From NCBI GenBank assembly GCA_025931335.1, contig JAICNG010000003.1, forward strand, positions 5,307-69,306: a stretch of 64,000 nt of DNA, written 5' to 3'. The notes below the pieces were generated by a model. The model had not been told where the DNA came from, ran no database searches, and was given only the letters and a program-made list of their open reading frames with translations. The DNA comes from Gemmatimonadaceae bacterium (GTDB lineage: Bacteria; Gemmatimonadota; Gemmatimonadetes; Gemmatimonadales; Gemmatimonadaceae). Position 1 is the stretch's first letter; every line of letters starts with the position of its first letter. Made by a program: the position numbers and the translations under genes. Shown in pieces: positions 15,986 to 23,894 of the stretch.

Positions 15986-18873
15986 GCCGGCCTCCGGGCG
16001 ACGAACAGCTTCAGGCGGCGGACGCGCCCTTCCGAGCGCGCGACCGCGATGTACACCCCGTTGCGCACCCCGGACGCAATGTCCCACCGGACGGTGTTCG
16101 CGTCCCCCGGTACCGATGTCGCCCACACCAGACGACCGGCGAAATCGAACACGCGCAGGTCTCCGGCGGCGCTCCCAAAGGGCCAGGTGAGGTGGACCTC
16201 GTTCGAGCGCACAGGGTTCGTCGAGGGCCGCAGCTCCCCCACCGCCTCGGCCACGACGGCCGCGCCGTGTGCGGCGACGAGAATCTCATCGAGCCACCAG
16301 CCCGATTGTGCCGAGAAGAACTGCGCGGCGAACTCGATCACGATCGCGCGACCGGCCAGACCAGACATCACCACGCGTTCTGGGTAATACACGGGCGCTC
16401 GCCCGGACACGCGCCCGACGGTAACCCAGGACGCCCCGGAGTCCACCGACAGTCGCACCTCACCCCAGGGGTCGAGGCTGAATCCGTTGCCGAGATAGCG
16501 CGTCCAGAAGAGCACCGACACCGTGTCGATCGTGGCCGGTACGTCGATCACCGGGGACCGAAGTCGTCCGACCCCGGCGTGCCACGCCCACCGTCCGCTC
16601 ACCGCCTCGGGCGCCGGGTGGAAGCCGTTAGGCAGCCAGCCCGACTCGTTGGCCTCGGCGCCCGTCGACGCCAGCACCGTGAGCTGAAGCGCCGCATCGG
16701 CGACGGTGATCGTCGCGCGCGTCGGCCGGCGGACCGTGTCGCTTTCCATCCGCACCATGTAGGCGCCGTCATCGACGCTCTGACGCAAGGGGATCGTCTG
16801 CGGCGCATCCGCCCTGGTGCGGAACGCCTCGCCGCGCGGAACGCGAACACGGATCACCGGCGAGAGCGACTCGATGCCAATGGTCTCGACCCCCAGCCCC
16901 GTCGTGATCGGGCGCGCGTTCATTGGATCGGCCGCCGCATCGAGGAGGTCGAGCGCGAACGGCAGATTGTCGGCGAACACCTGCGCGAGACGGGCCTCAT
17001 CGTCGGGGAACTCGAAGCCGTAGTACCCGTTTTCGCCGAAGCCGCTCGTCAGCTCCGGAGTGAACGAGAGCGTCCCGAACGTTGCGTACGCCCAGTCGGT
17101 GTATTCGCCGTTGGTCGGATAGAGATTCCACCCCCAGGCCGGGTGATAGTAGTCGCGCTCCGACCGGGGGAGATTGTCGCGGACGGACGGGCGAACGTCG
17201 GTGCCGCCGAGCGCGCGGAAGATGCCGTCATCGCCGGTGATGCGTCCGAAATCATTCCCCCACGGCCAGAGGATGAGCCCGGTGAAGGTGTGATAGCTCA
17301 CCGACACCACGGGCACGTGCGCGTGATGGAACGCGGCGATCGCCTGCGTCTCCAGCTCGGATTCCGCGGAGGGCCCGCGGTACGTCTCCGCCCACGCGAC
17401 CGAGGACGACCCGATCTCGTCGGCACCCCAGTGCGCGGCATGATTGCGATTGAGATCCACGCCAAAGGTGCCATCCCCGTTCGGCCGCCGGTTCTTCCGC
17501 CACAACCGGTCGGTGGTGAACGTGTACTCATACCCGTCGGGGTTCACGACCGGCACGACCCAGATGTCGCGTCGCCTGACGAGTGAGTCCACGCGCGGAT
17601 TCGGGGCGGGCGTGGTCGACAGGTGCGCGATGAGTCGCAGCGCCATCTCGGTCGCCGCCCACTCGCGGGCATGATAGGTGGCCATGAACAGCACGTTCGC
17701 GCGCGACGGAGAATCGTCCGGGGGACCGACCTTCACCGCGAGCATCGGCCGGCCCTCGAGCGTGCGGCCGATCGTGTCGAGGTGGATGAGTGAATTCGCG
17801 CGGGCGGCCGAGTCGAGCATCGCCACCACACCGCGCACCGGGTCGTCGTACGAACGATACACCGTCGTCGCCGTGACCGCCGACAGGCCGAGCTGCCGCT
17901 CGCGGCTCGTGCCCGGCGCGAACACCGCGGACACGCGCGCCCCGAGCAGCTCGAGCTGCCCGCGACGGGCCGTCTCGATGACGACGAGCGCGTGGTCCCT
18001 CGCCACGTGCACGACGTCGAAGCCACGGGCGACAAGCGTGTCGGCCGACACGCCGTCGACGCGGAGCGTGACGTGCTGCGCCCCGCTCGCGGCGGGCGCG
18101 AGGAGCGCCAGCGTCATGCCAAGGCGCAACCGATGCCACCAGCGGCGTCTCGGTACAGGGCCGCTCTCCCTCAGCACGGGGTGCATCGCGAACCAGCACC
18201 GGTCGGCCGAGTCGATGACGGCGTACACCGCGTCGCGCCACGCGCGCCACCGCGCGAGCTGCACCTCTGGTGGGCTCGATCGCACACCTGACGCCGCGGC
18301 CTCGAGCCGCTCGAGTCGCCGCACGACCTCGTCGGTGCACTCGCCGAGGATAGCCTCGGTGGCGCGGCGATCCGGCGGCTGATCGGGATATCGCGACCGC
18401 GCGAATTCGAGAACCTGCCGCTCGACCGCATCGCGCAGCCGCGCAGCGTCGAACGCCTCGAGGCGCACCGTTGAATCGCTCGTGCGCTCCGCGCGTGCGC
18501 GTGCGGAGATGAACGGCGCGAAGAAGCGATCGTGATCCTCATCGGGGCGCGCGCGGTGGGAGCCGAGGCCGCGAAGGGAGCGCGTCAGCTCGGGAAGCGC
18601 GTGCGCCGATGAGAGGATCTTCTGCGCGAGCACATCGAGGTTCGAGGGAGCGTACATCGCGATCGTGTCGCCGGTATCCGCGAACAGCTCGAGAATGCCT
18701 GGCGCTTGCCGAAGCCCGTCCAGCCGTCCGAACGCGACCAGCGCGCGCCGCTTGCCGACCGTGACGCCGAGCGCCTCGCCGACGAGCTCGACCGTGCCCT
18801 CGCCGCCGAACTCGACGCCGCGCAGAAAGGCATCGATACGCGCCTGGAAGATCGGCCCGGGCCGCTCAGGCAT
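15982..18873 (-). CDS. Unknown about 250-aa N-terminal domain, signal-peptide-like segment, M14 zinc carboxypeptidase, beta-rich region, FlgD-Ig/T9SS-like C-terminal tail
   Basis: ORF 15982..18900. The ATG at 18873 overlaps the CYTH stop by 8 nt (ATGCCTGA). M14 motifs YHAREWA, NPDGYEY, RKNRR and LNRN. The C-terminus is GDLRVFDFAGRLVW...NGVYIAVARSEG. Confidence 0.75.
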   Translation of the reverse strand: MPERPGPIFQARIDAFLRGVEFGGEGTVELVGEALGVTVGKRRALVAFGRLDGLRQAPGILELFADTGDTIAMYAPSNLDVLAQKILSSAHALPELTRSLRGLGSHRARPDEDHDRFFAPFISARARAERTSDSTVRLEAFDAARLRDAVERQVLEFARSRYPDQPPDRRATEAILGECTDEVVRRLERLEAAASGVRSSPPEVQLARWRAWRDAVYAVIDSADRCWFAMHPVLRESGPVPRRRWWHRLRLGMTLALLAPAASGAQHVTLRVDGVSADTLVARGFDVVHVARDHALVVIETARRGQLELLGARVSAVFAPGTSRERQLGLSAVTATTVYRSYDDPVRGVVAMLDSAARANSLIHLDTIGRTLEGRPMLAVKVGPPDDSPSRANVLFMATYHAREWAATEMALRLIAHLSTTPAPNPRVDSLVRRRDIWVVPVVNPDGYEYTFTTDRLWRKNRRPNGDGTFGVDLNRNHAAHWGADEIGSSSVAWAETYRGPSAESELETQAIAAFHHAHVPVVSVSYHTFTGLILWPWGNDFGRITGDDGIFRALGGTDVRPSVRDNLPRSERDYYHPAWGWNLYPTNGEYTDWAYATFGTLSFTPELTSGFGENGYYGFEFPDDEARLAQVFADNLPFALDLLDAAADPMNARPITTGLGVETIGIESLSPVIRVRVPRGEAFRTRADAPQTIPLRQSVDDGAYMVRMESDTVRRPTRATITVADAALQLTVLASTGAEANESGWLPNGFHPAPEAVSGRWAWHAGVGRLRSPVIDVPATIDTVSVLFWTRYLGNGFSLDPWGEVRLSVDSGASWVTVGRVSGRAPVYYPERVVMSGLAGRAIVIEFAAQFFSAQSGWWLDEILVAAHGAAVVAEAVGELRPSTNPVRSNEVHLTWPFGSAAGDLRVFDFAGRLVWATSVPGDANTVRWDIASGVRNGVYIAVARSEGRVRRLKLFVARRPA

Positions 18874-19459
18874 CTTCGAGCGCGTACGGGTGCTCGCCAC
18901 TCAGCTCGCGATCGCACAGCGCGGCGCTCTGACCGGTGCGCTCCTGCCACCGCCGCACGAAGTCGAACAGCCGGTCGGAGGTGAATGCCTCACGAGCAAG
19001 ACCGATCGCCGCGATGGCTCGCTCGATGGCGTCAGGATCGCCTTCCACCTCGACGAGATCGTCCATCCGGGGATAGCGCTCGAACCGCACCGTGGCGCCG
19101 TCCAGCTCGTACTGACTGATGTCGCGATCGATCTCGCGCGTGATCACGAACCCGAGGCGCTCGAGGATGTGGCGCAGGGCGTCCGCGTCCGGCGATCGCG
19201 CCCCCACCTCGTCGCGCACCTTGTATCCGTCCTCGTACTGGGTGGGCCCCTTCCAGCCCAGCTCGGCGCGCGTGCCGTGGTCGTCGCGGTACACGCGCAA
19301 CCGCAGCACATCGTCCCGCGCGCGAAGCTGACGCTCGGCCGTATCGTAGCGACAGTCCTCGAGCCGGCCGCGGAACACCAGTCGCCCACCCGCCCGCTCG
19401 ACGTTCGCGATGCGGGCCCCCATCGAATCCACGACCGCCTTGAGCTCGACCTCACGCAT
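18866..19459 (-). CDS. CYTH-domain protein (triphosphate tunnel metalloenzyme / CyaB-like)
   Basis: N-terminal EXEXK motif (REVELK) and the size and pattern of the CyaB/ThTPase fold. Confidence 0.75.
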   Translation of the reverse strand: MREVELKAVVDSMGARIANVERAGGRLVFRGRLEDCRYDTAERQLRARDDVLRLRVYRDDHGTRAELGWKGPTQYEDGYKVRDEVGARSPDADALRHILERLGFVITREIDRDISQYELDGATVRFERYPRMDDLVEVEGDPDAIERAIAAIGLAREAFTSDRLFDFVRRWQERTGQSAALCDRELSGEHPYALEDA

Positions 19460-20156
19460 CGACGATGGCGCTCATCACGCGCTCCGTGTCGGCGAGCGTC
19501 TCGAAGACGGCGTGTGCCCCGTAGCTGCGTAGCTCATCGACGCTGTACGAGCCGGTCGCCACACCGATGGCTCGCACGCCGATCGACCGTCCACATTCGA
19601 TGTCCGCCGGCGTGTCTCCGATGATCACGAGATGCTCACCCTGGAGGTCGATGCCAAGCTCCGCCTGTGCGCGGCGCTGCGCGACCGCCGGCAGCTCCGG
19701 CCGGTGCTCGTGATCGCTCCCGAACGCGCCGACGCGAAACCGCCCCGGATCGATCCCCGCCGCCCGCAGCTTGGCGTACGCACCCTCGCGCAGATTCCCG
19801 GTGAGCAGCCCGAGGATGGTATCGTGCCGTGCCTCGAGCGCGGAGAGCAGCTCGAAGATGCCGGGGTGAACGAGCGTGTGGGCCTGCTCCAGCTCGCGCT
19901 GGAGACGCGAGAGATAGAGGACCATCAGCGCATCCATGCGCTCATCGATGTCCGCATCCTCGTGCCCTTCGATGCGCATCACCTCGCGCACGATCTGCGG
20001 ATCCGTCTTTCCGTCATAGCGGTGATCCGCGGGGCCGGTGACGCCGAAGATCTCACGGAGCGCGGCGACCATCGCGCGCCGCCCGGCGCCGTTGCTTCGC
20101 AGAATGGTGCCGTCGATGTCGAACAGGACGAGCCGCACCGGTCGCGTGGCGCTCAT
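19452..20156 (-). CDS. HAD-superfamily phosphatase (phosphoglycolate phosphatase-like)
   Basis: The distal part of ORF 19452..21236. The ATG at 20156 overlaps the EamA stop (ATGA). Motifs LVLFDIDGT, LLTGN and IIGDTPADI. Confidence 0.85.
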   Translation of the reverse strand: MSATRPVRLVLFDIDGTILRSNGAGRRAMVAALREIFGVTGPADHRYDGKTDPQIVREVMRIEGHEDADIDERMDALMVLYLSRLQRELEQAHTLVHPGIFELLSALEARHDTILGLLTGNLREGAYAKLRAAGIDPGRFRVGAFGSDHEHRPELPAVAQRRAQAELGIDLQGEHLVIIGDTPADIECGRSIGVRAIGVATGSYSVDELRSYGAHAVFETLADTERVMSAIVDA

Positions 20157-21091
20157 TCCAGGAGCGGTCCCGCCGTTCGCGTCAACAGCACGCCGGCGAT
20201 GATCGCCGCCGCACCGAACAGCTGCCATACGCTCGGCTGTTCGGCCAGCATGACGCGGGCGGCGACGAGAGCGAAAATCGGCTGCAGGTTGCCGAACATC
20301 GCCGTTCGCGTGGGACCGAGCAGCCGCACGCCGCGGTTCCAGAACAGGTAGGCGATGACCATCGACGCCAGCCCCGCGTAGACGATCGCCCCCCACGTTC
20401 CAGGCGACAGCTCCTCCCAGGCGATCCGACCGACCCCGGGAAGCGCCAGCAGGGATAGCGGGACCGTTCCGCCGACGATGGTGATCGCGGTGACGACGCG
20501 CCCATCGAGCCGATTCGCGTACGGCTTGATGAGCACCGCGAACAGTGACCAGCAAATACACCCGATGAGCACGAGCGCACTGCCGAGCAGGGCGACACGG
20601 TGCGTGAAGACCTGCGGCTGAGTCAGCGCCACGAAGGCGATGCCCGCCATCGAGAGCGCGATGCCAAGCGCCCCGCGGCGCGTAATGCGCTCGACGCCAA
20701 GCAGGCGGCCGAACAGTGCGACGAACGCGGGGCCCGACGAAAGGATCAGCGCGGTGGTGCCTGCGCGCGTGCGCGCGAGGCCCTCGATCATGAAGAACTG
20801 ATACAGACCCGTTCCGAGCACGCCGAGCGCGAGCAGCATCCCGACATCGCGACGCGTGAGCGCGGGGCGGCGGACCGCGAGGGCGAGCACAACGAGCGCG
20901 ATCGACGCGAGACCCAGCCGCGCGGCGTTGAAGACGAGCGGCGGCATGTCGGTGACACCCAGCTTCATCACGCTCGCGTTCACACCCCAGATGAGCGCCA
21001 TGGCGACGAGCAGCGCGTCGGTGAGGGACGCCCCCGATCGAGCGAGCCCCGGGGTGGACGGCGCGACGCCGCTGGTGACGGTCGAGCTCAT
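20153..21091 (-). CDS. EamA/DMT-family transporter (10 TM)
   Basis: ORF 20153..21145 with the start taken at MSSTV. Two EamA repeats. Confidence 0.8.
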   Translation of the reverse strand: MSSTVTSGVAPSTPGLARSGASLTDALLVAMALIWGVNASVMKLGVTDMPPLVFNAARLGLASIALVVLALAVRRPALTRRDVGMLLALGVLGTGLYQFFMIEGLARTRAGTTALILSSGPAFVALFGRLLGVERITRRGALGIALSMAGIAFVALTQPQVFTHRVALLGSALVLIGCICWSLFAVLIKPYANRLDGRVVTAITIVGGTVPLSLLALPGVGRIAWEELSPGTWGAIVYAGLASMVIAYLFWNRGVRLLGPTRTAMFGNLQPIFALVAARVMLAEQPSVWQLFGAAAIIAGVLLTRTAGPLLE

Positions 21092-21171
21092 CCGAGAAAG
21101 GTAGACGGCGGCCCGATGCGGCGACAGCGCGATCTCTTCCCGCACCGCGCCCGCGCTCGTAGGTTGCGCGC

Positions 21172-21594
21172 ATGAACGTCTCTTTTGCGCTCTTCTGCGA
21201 CGCGGCCAACCTCTCCCAGGAAGGCAAGCTCAACATCCTCGGCGTCTTCGATGCGGTGCAAGTGGCCGCCGTCCCGACGATTCATCCGCGGGCGCACCTG
21301 GTCGTGCGGTTCAAGGGACGACGGGCCGACATCGGCACGCATTCGGTGGTGCTGCGGTGGACTGGCCCCGAGGGGAAGGAGCTGTGGTCGAGCGGCGGCG
21401 AGCTGGACGTCGGCACTCCGCCCGCCGGCGTCACCGAGATGGACCTGCCGTTGATCGCCGCGATCGATCTCCCGATCGAGACGACGGGCGCGCACACCAT
21501 GACGATAGCGCTCGATGGAGCTCGGCAGGCGGACATCACGCTCCAGGTCAGGTCGGGTCCCCCGGTGGCCAGTCCTGGCGGGATGATCAGCTAA
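21172..21594 (+). CDS. Conserved-looking hypothetical protein (140 aa, beta-rich)
   Basis: ORF 21172..21594 with good codon bias. Sequence MNVSFALFCDAANLSQEGKLNILGVFD. Family not securely recognised. Confidence 0.55.
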   Translation: MNVSFALFCDAANLSQEGKLNILGVFDAVQVAAVPTIHPRAHLVVRFKGRRADIGTHSVVLRWTGPEGKELWSSGGELDVGTPPAGVTEMDLPLIAAIDLPIETTGAHTMTIALDGARQADITLQVRSGPPVASPGGMIS

Positions 21595-21656
21595 CGATTG
21601 CGGAGCGCGGAGTGCGGATTGCGAGCGACAGCCTTCGATTCGCAATCCGCAATCGT
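21595..21656. repeat. Palindrome built from GCGGATTGCG words; family E copy 1
   Basis: acgattgcggagcgcggagtgcggattgcga ... tcgcaatccgcaatcgt, between convergent genes. It shares GGAGTGCGGATTGC with 44309-44369. Confidence 0.8.
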
Positions 21657-22405
21657 CATAACACCCGGCGTGCGAACAGATATCGCCCCACCAGCGCGCC
21701 GACGTAGGGGTCGGAGCGGTCGGTGAGATCCTCCAGACAATAGCCGCCGCGACCCAGCGCGAGGTGGACCAGACGCGGGCCGCCGAGCGCGATCGCGACG
21801 TGCGTGATGCGGCGGTCGGGGCGGTCGGAGAAGAACGACAGGTCGGCGGCGGCGAGATCGTCGAGCGCCTCGTCCACGGCCGCTCCGAGGCGAGCCTGCT
21901 GTGACGCGTCGCGCGGCAGCGCGATGCCGTGGAGACCGAACACGGTTTGTACGAGGCCGGAGCAGTCGGCTCCCCAGGGCGTGATTCCCCCCCACTGATA
22001 CGGCGTCCCGGCGAACAGGGTGAGCGCGCTCCGCGTGATGGCGTCGGCGGTACGCGGAAAGCGCTGCGGCATGTCGGCCGCGTCGACCGCCTCACCATGC
22101 TCGGGGTGTGCGTCGTCAGGCACGAGCGCCCCGAGGGGAAGTGCCCGCGACCAGCCCCGCGGATCCCGGACGACGCATTCGAGCGAGATGCGGCCGCGCC
22201 GGTACGGGGTCGATCCGTCTGGCTCCACGTATCCACGGTGAATCCAGCCCTCGTAGTCATCGGCCCCGCGCACGCGCATCCACGGGTCGCGCTCCTCGAT
22301 GATCGTTAGGCGGTGTCCGGCCAGCCGCTGCGACACCTGCTCGCTCCCCGCGGCCGGTTGCGCCTGGAGCGGGGCGATCGCGGCGCCGACGACGACCGTC
22401 GTCAT
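21656..22405 (-). CDS. SH3b + NlpC/P60 (C40) cell-wall peptidase, YkfC-like
   Basis: YQWGGITPWGADCSGLV catalytic Cys motif and HVAIAL His. The ATG overlaps the upstream stop (ATGA). Confidence 0.8.
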   Translation of the reverse strand: MTTVVVGAAIAPLQAQPAAGSEQVSQRLAGHRLTIIEERDPWMRVRGADDYEGWIHRGYVEPDGSTPYRRGRISLECVVRDPRGWSRALPLGALVPDDAHPEHGEAVDAADMPQRFPRTADAITRSALTLFAGTPYQWGGITPWGADCSGLVQTVFGLHGIALPRDASQQARLGAAVDEALDDLAAADLSFFSDRPDRRITHVAIALGGPRLVHLALGRGGYCLEDLTDRSDPYVGALVGRYLFARRVL

Positions 22406-23379
22406 GCGCGGCCCTCGTCGGCGAGCCCTGGAATGCCATCCCGGCCCCGCGCCATCCGGACCGCGCGCTCGATGGCGCGCTCGAGCGCGGCGACCGCCAG
22501 CACCTCGACCTGCAGCGGCGTCGCCGCGAGCCCGTCGAGCGGTGAGGTCGCGAACACGACATCGCCGTCGAACGACGTCCCGACGGGAGTGATGCGCCGC
22601 CCCAGAGCCACGCTCGACGCCCCCGCCAGCTGCGCGAGCGCCTCGCGCGACATCGTCGCGTTCGACATCACGACCGCGAGCGTCGTGTTGTGGAGCGCGC
22701 CGCTCGCGAAGCGCGACTGCGCGGGGAGCGAGCCCGTGGCGATCGACCGCGACAGGTCGAGGAACCGTCCCGCATCCCCGCGCGCCCCCGCGAGGATGCG
22801 ACCCTCGCCATCACGGACGTCGCCGAGGGCGTTCACGACGGCCAGGGCAGCGACCTGAAGCTCGCCCGAGGATTCGAGCGCGATCCCGACCCCACCCTTC
22901 ATCGCGCGATCGAGACCGGCCGCCTTCCCCACGGTCGTTCCCGTCCCCGCCCCCACGCTCCCTTCGGCGTGGCCGTTAGGCGCGGCGCGCTCGCAGGCCT
23001 CGTAGGCCATGGCCGCCGTCGGGCGCGCCGAGGGTGACCCACAGGGGGCCAGGTCGAACACCACCGCCGCGGGCACGATCGGCACCGTCGCGACGCCGAC
23101 CGGGAAGCCGCGCCCCCGCTCTTCCATCCATCGCATGACGCCGGCGGCCGCGTCGAGCCCGTACGCGGATCCACCGGTGAGCACGATGGCATCCACGCGA
23201 TCCACGAGGTGGCGCGGGGACAGGGCGTCGAGCTCGCGCGTCCCGGTGGCACGCCCGAGCAGTGCGCACCCGGCGCGAAATGGCGCGTCGATGCCGCGAA
23301 CGACCGTGACCCCGGTCGCGCCGATGTCGTCCGACGCATGACCGACGGCCATGCCCAGGGCGCGAAGGTCAGCGCCCAC
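22402..23379 (-). CDS. P1/S58 family peptidase (DmpA-like aminopeptidase)
   Basis: ORF 22402..23481 with GTG 23379 chosen. Motifs GATGVTVV, LTGGSAYGL, VPIVPAAVVFDL and GAGTGTTVGK. Confidence 0.75.
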   Translation of the reverse strand: MGADLRALGMAVGHASDDIGATGVTVVRGIDAPFRAGCALLGRATGTRELDALSPRHLVDRVDAIVLTGGSAYGLDAAAGVMRWMEERGRGFPVGVATVPIVPAAVVFDLAPCGSPSARPTAAMAYEACERAAPNGHAEGSVGAGTGTTVGKAAGLDRAMKGGVGIALESSGELQVAALAVVNALGDVRDGEGRILAGARGDAGRFLDLSRSIATGSLPAQSRFASGALHNTTLAVVMSNATMSREALAQLAGASSVALGRRITPVGTSFDGDVVFATSPLDGLAATPLQVEVLAVAALERAIERAVRMARGRDGIPGLADEGRA

Positions 23380-23668
23380 GTGACTTCTTCGACCGAATCT
23401 TGGGAATCGGGAGGTCGATGGCTCGCAAGGCGGCGGCGATCGCTCCGTCCTCCAGCGAGCGAACGGCCGCGAGCAGGTCATCGCGCCGCACCGCGCTGCT
23501 CACGGGCGCGCTGATCAGCGGCGCGGAGAACGACCGGTCGAGGGAGAGGAACACGAGCGGGGCCTGCCACATCCCCTTCGCCGCATCGAACCCCGGATCG
23601 GCCATGACGGTGTAGGCGCGATCGTCGAGATCGAACCGCTCGCGCACGAGCATCAGCTCGCCGCTCAC
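23369..23668 (-). CDS. Hypothetical protein (99 aa)
   Basis: ORF 23369..23767. The GTG at 23668 overlaps the upstream stop (GTGA); an alternative ATG is at 23653. No family recognised. Confidence 0.45.
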   Translation of the reverse strand: MSGELMLVRERFDLDDRAYTVMADPGFDAAKGMWQAPLVFLSLDRSFSAPLISAPVSSAVRRDDLLAAVRSLEDGAIAAALRAIDLPIPKIRSKKSRGR

Positions 23669-23844
23669 GTGGGCTGCGTCACCCCGCGCTTCTCCTGGCA
23701 CGCCTTGCACAGCGTGACCCCGCGCATCTGGCACACGAGGCAAATGAACGTGCCGCAGTCGTCGCACGGATAGCCTTCCGAGGCGCGCTCCTCATTGCCG
23801 CAACTGCGGCACTTCATGCTGTCCTTCTCCTTCAGGTCTGTCAT
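23665..23844 (-). CDS. Small Cys-rich zinc-ribbon protein (59 aa, four CxxC pairs)
   Basis: MTDLKEKDSMKCRSCGN...CDDCGTFICLVCQ...CKACQ. A GAGGAG Shine-Dalgarno lies 8 nt upstream. Confidence 0.6.
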   Translation of the reverse strand: MTDLKEKDSMKCRSCGNEERASEGYPCDDCGTFICLVCQMRGVTLCKACQEKRGVTQPT

Positions 23845-23894
23845 CGCTCGGATCTCCTCTCGCCTTTGGGCGGGTCGAGGGCCCCGGGCCCGCC

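Noticed and set aside
19452-21236. A single 594-aa ORF spanning the HAD and EamA region. The similar over-long ORFs 6060..7838, 23895..25487 and 37587..38732 raise the same question.
   Set aside because: The upstream parts are out-of-frame read-through of the neighbouring gene or Arg-rich non-coding translation. Conserved domain boundaries and ATGA/GTGA overlaps define shorter genes.
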